In this document: in pieces, positions 45,501 through 53,248 of the stretch
Layout of the letters: each line of letters starts with the position of its first letter
Numbering within the stretch: the stretch's first letter is position 1
Origin: Gemmatimonadales bacterium
GTDB lineage: Bacteria; Gemmatimonadota; Gemmatimonadetes; Gemmatimonadales; GWC2-71-9
DNA length: 64,000 nucleotides
Reading direction: 5' to 3'
Assembly: GCA_046160105.1 (NCBI GenBank)
Contig: JBJXGT010000036.1
Span: 73,568-137,567, forward strand
The notes under the pieces: generated by a model
What the model saw: only the letters and a program-made list of their open reading frames with translations
What the model was told of the DNA's origin: nothing
Database searches by the model: none
Translations under genes and position numbers: made by a program

Positions 45501-45977
45501 ATGCGGACCCTGTTGCTCACGTTCGTTGGTTGGGTCGCTGCGGTCACGCCGACGCTGGCGCAGCAGGCGACGGGCCCGGCCAAGCTGCCGGGGTGGCTGG
45601 TGGGGTGTTGGGAACGGCGGGGCAACCAGGTCACCGAAGAGCGCTGGCTGCCGGCGACCGGGGGGGCCTTGTTCGGCGTCAGCACCACGGTTCGCAACGA
45701 CCGGGTCTCGGGCTGGGAGTACCTCCGGATCGAACGGAGCCGGGAAGGGCTGATTTACCACGCCATTCCGTCCGGCCAGCAGCCGACGGCCTTTCCCGCG
45801 AAAGTCGCATCCGACACCCTGCTTGTCTTCGAAAACCTCGAACACGATTTTCCCCAGCGGATCATTTACCGGAAGGCCGGGGCGGATTCGCTGCTGGCGC
45901 GAATCGAGGCGACCGTCAAGGACTCCCTTCGCGGAATCGACTTCAAGTTCCGCCGAGTGACCTGCCGAGTGGAGTAG
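45501..45977 (+). CDS. Secreted DUF6265-like protein
   Basis: Track ORF starts at 45150. ATG 45501 has GGAGG 10 nt upstream and gives the signal peptide MRTLLLTFVGWVAAVTPTLAQ. The GCWERR...FENLEHDFPQRIIYR pattern recalls the DUF6265 family (recollection only). Confidence 0.55.
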   Translation: MRTLLLTFVGWVAAVTPTLAQQATGPAKLPGWLVGCWERRGNQVTEERWLPATGGALFGVSTTVRNDRVSGWEYLRIERSREGLIYHAIPSGQQPTAFPAKVASDTLLVFENLEHDFPQRIIYRKAGADSLLARIEATVKDSLRGIDFKFRRVTCRVE

Positions 45978-46001
45978 CGATACTCCGGTTACCTTTGGCG
46001 G

Positions 46002-47243
46002 GTGAAAACCCGGATCAAATGGACCCTGTTCGTCACCCAAGCCTTTGGCTCGGCGGGGTTCGTGGTCGCCTCAACGGTGACCCCCATCGTCGGCGCCGAC
46101 CTCGCCCGTCGTGCCGCCTGGGCGGGCGTCCCAACGGCGTTTTACTGGGGGGGTGGCGCCCTCTTCGCCATGGTGTGGGGGCGGCTGATGGACCCCCTCG
46201 GCCGCCGTCGCACCCTGGCGCTCGGTCTCCTGGTCGGGGTTGTCGGCGCCACGGTCGCGGCCGCGGCGATCGGGGCCCGGTCGTTCCCCGTGTTCGTCAG
46301 CGGCCTGGTCCTGATGGGCGCGGCCAACGCCGCCCTCCAACTCGCCCGGTTCGTCTCCGGTGAGGTCCACCCGGTCGCCGAACGGGGCCGGGCCATCGCG
46401 ACGGTGGTGATGGGCGGGACCGTGGGCGCGGTATTCGGACCGGCCCTGGTTGCCCCGATGTCGGTCCTGGCGACGGAGGTCGGTCGGCCCGGGATGGTGG
46501 GTCCGTTCGCGGCGAGCGCGTTCTTCTTCCTGCTGGGATCGGGCTTCGTCGCGGCCCTGCTGCGGCCCGAGCCCCGAGATTTGGCGGCCGCGCTCGGGGC
46601 CCAGACGACGGCGACGAGCACCGCCGCCGAGCCGACTCGCACCATTCGGGAGATCAGCGCCGATTCCGCCGTCCGCTCGGCCACGATCGCGATGATCTGC
46701 TCGCAAGCCGTGATGACGATGCTGATGGTGATCACTTCGCTCGAGATGAGTCACAATCACCACAGCTTGGCGGGGATCTCCAGCGTAATGTCGGCGCACG
46801 TCGTCGGGATGTTCGGCTTCTCGATCATCTCCGGCCGGCTGGCGGATCGATGGGGACGGGGGCCGCTGATGGCGGCGGGGGGCCTCTGCTTGGTGGTGGC
46901 AGGTTTGGTGGCCAGTCGGGCGGTGCAGGTGCTTCCGCTGGCGGGGGCGCTTTGGCTGCTCGGTCTCGGGTGGAACTTCGTCTATGTCGGCGGCTCGACC
47001 CTCCTCTCCGATCGGCTCACCGCCGCCGAGCGGTCCCGGGTGCAGGGTCTCAACGATGCCCTCGTCACCGGCACCGCCGCCGTCGGGAGCCTGCTGTCCG
47101 GAGTGGTGTTCGCCAATCTCGGCTACGCGACGATGGGGCTCGTCTGCAGCGTGGTCGCCCTCGTTCCCCTCTGGCTCGGTCGACGGGTCGCCCGGATCAC
47201 CGCGCCGGGGCGGCTTGTTCCCGCCGTCGACGCGCCTGCCTAA
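46002..47243 (+). CDS. MFS transporter
   Basis: 413 aa with a GTG start and ~12 TM segments. The GRLMDPLGRRRTL loop motif is typical of MFS. Confidence 0.8.
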   Translation: MKTRIKWTLFVTQAFGSAGFVVASTVTPIVGADLARRAAWAGVPTAFYWGGGALFAMVWGRLMDPLGRRRTLALGLLVGVVGATVAAAAIGARSFPVFVSGLVLMGAANAALQLARFVSGEVHPVAERGRAIATVVMGGTVGAVFGPALVAPMSVLATEVGRPGMVGPFAASAFFFLLGSGFVAALLRPEPRDLAAALGAQTTATSTAAEPTRTIREISADSAVRSATIAMICSQAVMTMLMVITSLEMSHNHHSLAGISSVMSAHVVGMFGFSIISGRLADRWGRGPLMAAGGLCLVVAGLVASRAVQVLPLAGALWLLGLGWNFVYVGGSTLLSDRLTAAERSRVQGLNDALVTGTAAVGSLLSGVVFANLGYATMGLVCSVVALVPLWLGRRVARITAPGRLVPAVDAPA

Positions 47244-47800
47244 CGGACGTCGAGGGTGACCGGCCCGGGCTCGCCAGGGACGAAATACAGGGCAGTCTCG
47301 ACCCCGGTCTTCGCGACGGCGACCTTGAGGAGATTCTGCTGGTCGCCGAACAACTCGAACATGACTTGGCTGGCGATCGTGAGGCGCTTGATCGGCTTGG
47401 CCAGCGGATACTCGAGCAGATACCACCACATGTCTTGCTCGGCGCCGCCGGCCACCAGGCGGCCGGTCAGCGGCGTGCCGTCCGCCGCCAGGATCAGCTT
47501 CCGCCCGAGATAGTCCCTTGCCACCGAGTCGGCCAACGGCTTCGCGGCCAGATCCACGGTGTCTCGGGTGGCGTGCCGAGCCAAGGCGCGTGACAGGTCG
47601 TCCTGAAACATCCGAATCCGGATGGTGACGCTGGCCGCCTCGACCGCCACCCGCCCGTAGCTCGCATGAAGGTCGTGGACCGCGACCACGCGCACGGTCG
47701 GCCCCGCGATCCCGGCGGGTGAGCGCCCGTGGGGGATCGGCGGGTTGCCGACCGGCGTGCCCAGCGCGATCCCGACCAGCCAGAGCCCTATCATGCCCAT
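47240..47800 (-). CDS. DUF6702-like protein (membrane-anchored/secreted), co-transcribed with HupE/UreJ
   Basis: The track start at 47836 is TTG; ATG 47800 (or 47794) gives MGMIGLWLVGIALG... The family assignment is recollection only. Its stop shares nucleotides with the convergent MFS stop. Confidence 0.5.
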   Translation of the reverse strand: MGMIGLWLVGIALGTPVGNPPIPHGRSPAGIAGPTVRVVAVHDLHASYGRVAVEAASVTIRIRMFQDDLSRALARHATRDTVDLAAKPLADSVARDYLGRKLILAADGTPLTGRLVAGGAEQDMWWYLLEYPLAKPIKRLTIASQVMFELFGDQQNLLKVAVAKTGVETALYFVPGEPGPVTLDVR

Positions 47801-47822
47801 CCCGTTTCGTGAGGGCCCGCCG

Positions 47823-48428
47823 TCAGACCGCGGCAAGCCGAGCGATGATCATCTGACCGGATAATGCGAGAGCGACCCCCGAAACCGCCAGCCGCCAGGT
47901 TCTCGCCGAGACCAGCCGGTCGGCGACCAAGGCGGTCGCCCCGAGCACGGTGGCCACGGCGATCAGCTGAGCCACCTCGAGCCCCACGTTGAACCAGAAC
48001 AGGGGGGCGACGATCGACTCCTCGGCGCCGAGCAGGGAACGGAGGTAGCCGGAGAAGCCGAGGCCGTGAATCAACCCGAAGCCTAACGTGACGGCATAGA
48101 GCGGCCAGGCGCGTCCCCGCCCCGGCTCGCCGTCGCCCGGACGGCGGAGTCGCCAGAGGGTGAGGGCGCTGGTCAGGAAGATGGTCACCGGGATCAGCAG
48201 CTCGACTACCGCGCCCTGGATCGGCAGCCAGCCGATGGTCGCCAGGGCCAGGGTGAGCGAGTGGCCGACGGTGAAGGCGGTCACCAGCCAGAGCAGGCTT
48301 CGCCATTGACGGGCTCGATACGGGATGGTGAGGGCGGCGATGAAGAGCAGGTGGTCGATCGCGCCCGGATCGAGGATGTGGCGGATCCCGAGCCCGAGGA
48401 ACAGCGCCAGCGTGGAACCGACGTTCAT
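47823..48428 (-). CDS. HupE/UreJ family (Ni/Co-type) membrane protein
   Basis: The track start at 48464 is GTG; ATG 48428 gives MNVGSTLALFLGLGIRHILDPGAIDHLLFIAAL... Also carries HSLTLALA and GLIHGLGFS, with ~6 TM segments. Confidence 0.75.
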   Translation of the reverse strand: MNVGSTLALFLGLGIRHILDPGAIDHLLFIAALTIPYRARQWRSLLWLVTAFTVGHSLTLALATIGWLPIQGAVVELLIPVTIFLTSALTLWRLRRPGDGEPGRGRAWPLYAVTLGFGLIHGLGFSGYLRSLLGAEESIVAPLFWFNVGLEVAQLIAVATVLGATALVADRLVSARTWRLAVSGVALALSGQMIIARLAAV

Positions 48429-48497
48429 CTCGCCAACATACGGCGCCGGCGGGGGCTCGGCCACCGCCGGTTGCCAGCGGCCGGGTCTCGATATATG

Positions 48498-48513
48498 TTA
48501 ACCATATGGTTAA
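48498..48513. promoter_or_regulatory. Perfect 16-bp palindrome TTAACCATATGGTTAA (putative ArsR-family operator) centred on the arsR-like start codon
   Basis: Read directly: its reverse complement is identical. The ATG of the ArsR-family gene (48506) lies at the dyad centre. It is embedded in a ~30-bp AT-rich island (ATATATGTTAACCATATGGTTAATTATT) in otherwise G+C-rich DNA. Confidence 0.6.
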
Positions 48514-48877
48514 TTATTCGACGACTCGGCTCGACCGGGTCTTTGGCGCGCTGGCCGATCCGACTCGGCGGGCCATGGTCTCGCGACTGGCGAAGGGCGA
48601 CGCCACGGTCACCGCGCTGGCCGCGCCGTTTCGAATCTCCCTTCCCGCCGTCTCCAAGCATCTCAAGGTGCTCGAGCGGGCCGGCCTGGTCCGCCGGCGG
48701 GTCGCGGGGCGGGTTCACCATTGCGCCCTGGTGGCCGATCCCCTCGACCAGGCAACCACTTGGATCCGCGACCACCGCCGCTTCTGGGCCGACCGTCTCG
48801 CCGCGCTCGACGCCCTGTTGACGACGCACCCCCCAGAGGCTCCACCCACGGAAGGAGGCCACCGTGCCCGCCACTGA
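48506..48877 (+). CDS. ArsR/SmtB family metalloregulatory transcription factor
   Basis: 123 aa. FGALADPTRRAMVSRLAKGDATVTALAAPFRISLPAVSKHLKVLERAGLV is the winged-HTH ArsR signature. Confidence 0.9.
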   Translation: MVNYSTTRLDRVFGALADPTRRAMVSRLAKGDATVTALAAPFRISLPAVSKHLKVLERAGLVRRRVAGRVHHCALVADPLDQATTWIRDHRRFWADRLAALDALLTTHPPEAPPTEGGHRARH

Positions 48878-49304
48878 TCAGACCTCGCTCAAGATCGAGC
48901 TCCGCCGCACCATCGACGCGCCGCCAGAGCGCGTGTTCGCCGCCTGGACCACGGCCGAGCTGCTCCGGGCGTTCATCTGTCCGGGTCGCCCCGGGGGCGC
49001 CGAGGTCACCGTCGACGCTCGGTTGGGCGGTCGGTTCCACATCGACATGTTAGGCGAGCCGGGCCAGGTCTGGCCCCACGACGGCGAATACCTCGAGTTC
49101 GATCCGCCCCGGCGGCTCCGGTTCACCTGGATCTCGTTGGCCTGCCCCGCCGAGTTGCGGTCGGAGGTGTCGATCGACTTCATAGCCCGGGGCGCGGCTA
49201 CCGAGGTCATCCTGGTGCACGAGCGCCTGGCGACTGCGAAGGATGTCGAGGGCCACACGGTGGGGTGGACGGCGATCTTGGAGCAGTTGGCCACCGCCGT
49301 CTAG
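48864..49304 (+). CDS. SRPBCC (Aha1/START-like) domain protein
   Basis: 146 aa with a GTG start that overlaps the arsR end by 14 nt. ..RTIDAPPERVFAAWTTAELL.. and ..GHTVGWTAILEQLA.. are typical of AHSA1-type SRPBCC proteins commonly paired with ArsR. Confidence 0.75.
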   Translation: MPATDQTSLKIELRRTIDAPPERVFAAWTTAELLRAFICPGRPGGAEVTVDARLGGRFHIDMLGEPGQVWPHDGEYLEFDPPRRLRFTWISLACPAELRSEVSIDFIARGAATEVILVHERLATAKDVEGHTVGWTAILEQLATAV

Positions 49305-49369
49305 AATCGAATCCGGTTCGCAGGGTCAATCGCAGCCGTTCGGGTACCGATGCGTCCGAGCTGGCGCTC

Positions 49370-50230
49370 TCATCGAGCGGGCACCACGGCCGTCCGTTCG
49401 GCGACCTGAGCGGCGAAGAAGAAGCCCAACGGGTAGCGATTGGTGTCCGTCAGGTTGATCACGTTGCCGCGCACCGAGCTGGGCGGGGTGCTGAACGGGC
49501 CGCCGCCACCGGTGGTCTGCTCGAACAAGGCGGCGTAGTACCGGAACCCGGCCTCCGACAAAGCCACTTGCCGGAGCGCCACCCGCTGACCCGGCTCCAC
49601 GACCTCTTCGTCGTACGGCTGGTAGCCGATCACCCGCCCGCCGTCGTAGAACCGATCGTCGCTGATGATCCGAAACCGATTACCCGGATCGATCCCGATC
49701 CGCTGGCGCCCGTCGACGATCAGGTCCCAGAGGTAGTAGTTCTTGTCGCCCGCCGGATCACGGTAGTCGATCACCGCGCGGAAGCCGGAGTCGCCTTGGG
49801 CCAGCCCGGCGTCCTCGTACTCGAAGTAGAGCGAATCGATCGGCGGCACCGGGAGGAGACGATGGGAGGCCCGGTACTGGTGCCCGTCGTAGTCGACCGT
49901 GAGGGTGTACTCCGCCCCGAGCCTGGGCACGAAGCCGGCCGCCAGGTATCGCCGACCGCCACCTAACGCCTCCCGGGTGAAATGGAAGACCCGACCACCC
50001 TCCTCGGCGACAACGACGACCGCGCCGATCGCGGCCGGGGGTTCGTCGGTCGCCTCGAACGGCCCGGTGGTGGTGAGCCGAATCGCCTGGAGGCCGGTCG
50101 CGTCGTCGGGTCGCAGCTCGATCCGTCCTTCGACGACCAACCGACGGGGCCCCTCGGCGAGATCGAGGTCGACCACCCGAGTGCATCCGGTGGCAAGGAA
50201 GAGGATGATGACGGCGAAGGATCGTGGCAT
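49370..50230 (-). CDS. DUF4249-like lipoprotein downstream of TonB-dependent receptor
   Basis: Track ORF extends to 50557. ATG 50230 gives MPRSFAVIILFLATGCTRV (lipobox) and lies 2 nt after the receptor stop. The family call is from recollection and gene context. Confidence 0.55.
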   Translation of the reverse strand: MPRSFAVIILFLATGCTRVVDLDLAEGPRRLVVEGRIELRPDDATGLQAIRLTTTGPFEATDEPPAAIGAVVVVAEEGGRVFHFTREALGGGRRYLAAGFVPRLGAEYTLTVDYDGHQYRASHRLLPVPPIDSLYFEYEDAGLAQGDSGFRAVIDYRDPAGDKNYYLWDLIVDGRQRIGIDPGNRFRIISDDRFYDGGRVIGYQPYDEEVVEPGQRVALRQVALSEAGFRYYAALFEQTTGGGGPFSTPPSSVRGNVINLTDTNRYPLGFFFAAQVAERTAVVPAR

Positions 50231-50232
50231 GC

Positions 50233-52659
50233 TCAGAACTTGAACGAGAAGCTGATGCTGGGAACGATGCCGAAGATCGACGTCTGCACCGCTTCCACCA
50301 GAAGCGGGTTGTCTTCGGACTGCTGAAAAGCGATCGACTGGGCGTTGAAACGGTTGTAGAGGTTGTAGAGCCCGAATTGCCACTGAGCCCGTCTCGAGGC
50401 GCGGGTCAGGGTCAGGTCGAGGCGATGATAGGCGGGCAGCCGCGCCGCATTGCGATCGCCGTACTCGACCACCAGAAGCCCGTTGTACTGGTAACGCGAC
50501 TCGGGGAAGGTGGCCGGCAGACCGCTCGCCGCGACGAAGGTGCCTCCCAAGGTCCATTTCGACGAGAGCGGGTAGAACCCGACGGCCGAGAAGTCGTGGG
50601 TCTTGTCGTAAGGTGACGGGTAGTAGCGCCCGCCGTTGATGCCGGGATCGTCCGGCGTGAGGCCGAGAAGCTGGCGCTCCGATCGAGCCCAGGTGTAACT
50701 GACCCAGCCGGTGAGTCGCCCGGCGCGCTTCCGGGCGTAGAGCTCGAGCCCGTAAGCGCGGCCCCGGCCCTGCAACATCTCGGTCTCCAGTCGATCGTTG
50801 AGCGCGATGTCGGCCCCGTCGATGAAGTCGGTGACGTTGCGAAGCCGCTTGTAGTACCCCTCCACCGACAGCTCGTAGGCCTGGTCGCCCGTGGTGGTGG
50901 CGATTCCCGCCGCCACCTGATCGGCGATCTGGGGCTCGAGATAGGGGCCGATCGGCTCCCAGATATCGACCGGTGTCGGCGAGTTGGTGTTCGACACCAG
51001 GTGGAGGAACTGGCGGGTCCGAGCAAAGCTCGCCTTCACGCTGGTGTTGCCGGACAGCCCGACCCTGAGCGACACTCGCGGTTCGAGCCCGTCCCTCGAG
51101 GTGATCGTGGCACCGTCACCGTAGACGACGCTGTCCGCGATCGCTCCGCGCTGGTAGCGACCAAGGGCCGGGTCGTATCGGAGCGGGCTGCCCCCGACGT
51201 ACTGGTAGATGGTCCCGGCCCCGACTCGGCGGAACCCCGCATAGCGAAGCCCGTACCGAAGCGTCACCGAGCGGCCGAACTCGATCTCGTGGCTGGCGTG
51301 GAGGGCCGGGGCCACGCCGTAACGTGGCTGGAGGTCGAGCGGCAGCACCGGCGAATCGCCGACCGGACGAATGCTCCCCGGCCGAAGGTCGTGACGCGTC
51401 AACTCGGCGCCGAACTCGAGCAGGTTGCCGTTGGCGATGTGATAGGTCTCGGCGAGCTTGACGTCATATCCGCCGATCCGCGCCGTCCACGCCAGGTCGC
51501 GGCCGATGCCGAGGAACTCGAGGCCGTAGTCGTACTCGCTCACGGTGGCGGTGAGCTTGGAGAAGAGCCGGGTCCCGAACGCCTGGTTCCACCGGAGGGT
51601 GCCGGCGGCGTTGCCCCAGCTCGCCGCGAAGCGGTCGGCCACCTTGAAGCGGTCGCGGCCAAAGTACCCCGAGACCATCACCGTGCCGGTGGTGCCGAGC
51701 CGGACGTTGCCCTTGGCGTTGAGGTCGTAGAAATAGGCGACGTTCTGATTGAGGTCAGGGTCGTTGGAGAGCTTGAGGAACAGGTCGGCGTAGGTCCGTC
51801 GGCCCGCCACGAGATAGGAGCCGACCTTCTTCGGGAGGGGCCCTTCCACCGAGAGACGGCTCGCCAGCAACCCGACGGTCCCGGCGCCTTCGAACCGGTT
51901 GGCGTTGCCCTCTCGTTGGCGGACGTCGAGCACCGAAGAGAGTCGGCCGCCGTAGCGGGCCGGGATCGCGCCCTTGTAGAGCTTGACGTCGTCGATCGCG
52001 TCGCCGTTGAAGACGGAGAAGAATCCGAAGACGTGGGCCGGGTTGTAGATGGTCGATTCGTCGAGGAGGATCAGGTTCTGATCAGTGGTGCCGCCGCGAA
52101 CGCTGAACCCGGTCGAGAAATCGCTGATCGTGGTGACGCCCGGAAGCAAGGTGAGCGCCCGGATCGGATCGACCTCGCCGAGGACCACCGGAATCATTCG
52201 AATCAGCTTGGCGTCGAGTCGGGCGGTGCTCATCTCGGCGCTGCCCGGATCGATGTCCGAGGTGTCCCGGGCTCCTTCGACCGCGATCTCCTCGAGCTCG
52301 AACGGCTTTGGGGTCAGGGCGAAATCGCGAAGCAGCGAGGCTTCCAGGGTGAGCTCGACGACCAGCGGGGAAAACCCCACGGCGCGGATTCGAATCGTGT
52401 GTGGTCCCCTGGGCAACGCCAGCACGAAGAACCCGTCCTGATTGCTCTCGACCCGAGCCAGCTGACCGTCCGCGGCGATCTGGGCGTAGCGAACCACTTC
52501 CCCGGTGGCTTCCGAGCGGACGTATCCGCTGATCCGGAGCGAAGGCGTCTGGGCCGCGACCGATGCCGGCCGTGGAGCGAGGACCCCCCCGACGACGAGC
52601 GCGACGATGAGTCTGATGATGATGGGCGATTGCACGCCGAACGGTCCAACGATGCCCAA
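50233..52659 (-). CDS. TonB-dependent receptor with N-terminal carboxypeptidase-regulatory-like domain
   Basis: 808 aa. The start is TTG 52659, or GTG 52635. N-terminal LRISGYVRSEATGEVV.. (CarbopepD_reg-like), then a plug region and a beta-barrel ending ..SISFSFKF. Confidence 0.8.
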   Translation of the reverse strand: MGIVGPFGVQSPIIIRLIVALVVGGVLAPRPASVAAQTPSLRISGYVRSEATGEVVRYAQIAADGQLARVESNQDGFFVLALPRGPHTIRIRAVGFSPLVVELTLEASLLRDFALTPKPFELEEIAVEGARDTSDIDPGSAEMSTARLDAKLIRMIPVVLGEVDPIRALTLLPGVTTISDFSTGFSVRGGTTDQNLILLDESTIYNPAHVFGFFSVFNGDAIDDVKLYKGAIPARYGGRLSSVLDVRQREGNANRFEGAGTVGLLASRLSVEGPLPKKVGSYLVAGRRTYADLFLKLSNDPDLNQNVAYFYDLNAKGNVRLGTTGTVMVSGYFGRDRFKVADRFAASWGNAAGTLRWNQAFGTRLFSKLTATVSEYDYGLEFLGIGRDLAWTARIGGYDVKLAETYHIANGNLLEFGAELTRHDLRPGSIRPVGDSPVLPLDLQPRYGVAPALHASHEIEFGRSVTLRYGLRYAGFRRVGAGTIYQYVGGSPLRYDPALGRYQRGAIADSVVYGDGATITSRDGLEPRVSLRVGLSGNTSVKASFARTRQFLHLVSNTNSPTPVDIWEPIGPYLEPQIADQVAAGIATTTGDQAYELSVEGYYKRLRNVTDFIDGADIALNDRLETEMLQGRGRAYGLELYARKRAGRLTGWVSYTWARSERQLLGLTPDDPGINGGRYYPSPYDKTHDFSAVGFYPLSSKWTLGGTFVAASGLPATFPESRYQYNGLLVVEYGDRNAARLPAYHRLDLTLTRASRRAQWQFGLYNLYNRFNAQSIAFQQSEDNPLLVEAVQTSIFGIVPSISFSFKF

Positions 52660-52737
52660 CCGGGTCGATCCTGATGCGAAGGCGACCGGGAGGCTAACCG
52701 CGCGGCTTCGAAAACGCCACGGCGACGGCGGGCAACG

Positions 52738-53112
52738 TTACTTCGGCGTGGTCCGTCTCACGTGGCGGGCCCGGGAGGGTTTCTTTACGGCGGAACGGCG
52801 GTGCGAGTGGAGGGCGGCCTGATGCGCCGCGCCGATCAGGCGGTGCAGATCCTCGTCACCGATCGCCGACAGGCGCACCTCGACCCAACCATGGCGACCC
52901 ATCGCCCCGACCGACACGAACGGGCGGGCCAGCCCCCGGACCAGCGCCTCCGTCAGCTCCTCGGACGGCAAGTGCAGCAACAGCGTCACCGGGGTCACCG
53001 CGGCGAACCGGGTGCCACCCACCAGGAACGCTTGGTTGCCGAATTCGGTCTTCACGGTGACACCGCTCGATTGGCGGATCAGGGCGGCGACGGCGGACGC
53101 GGTCGATGGCAT
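52738..53112 (-). CDS. Small hypothetical protein (TfoX-N / YjbR-like fold suspected)
   Basis: 124 aa. ..KTEFGNQAFLVGGTRFAAV..LLLHLPSEEL.. weakly recalls TfoX_N/MmcQ-type proteins. Basic C-terminal tail. Confidence 0.4.
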   Translation of the reverse strand: MPSTASAVAALIRQSSGVTVKTEFGNQAFLVGGTRFAAVTPVTLLLHLPSEELTEALVRGLARPFVSVGAMGRHGWVEVRLSAIGDEDLHRLIGAAHQAALHSHRRSAVKKPSRARHVRRTTPK

Positions 53113-53232
53113 GATGCGGTCGGGCTCTCGTTGCGGACGCCGATGTTACCGCCGAAACCGGGGTCGCGCGAGGGGGCCCCGTCACCCGTGGCGCCGGACG
53201 AACGCCCGGTGGTGGGAACGCCCCTCCCCGGT

Positions 53233-53247
53233 TAGGTTTGTATACAA
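53233..53247 (+). promoter_or_regulatory. TAGGTTTG box (TAnnTTTG-type) overlapping the 10-bp palindrome TTGTATACAA, 8 nt upstream of ATG 53249
   Basis: Read directly from GGTTAGGTTTGTATACAATATG. It is the only AT-rich patch in the 136-bp divergent spacer. The spacing would give a leaderless or near-leaderless mRNA. Confidence 0.35.
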
Positions 53248-53248
53248 T

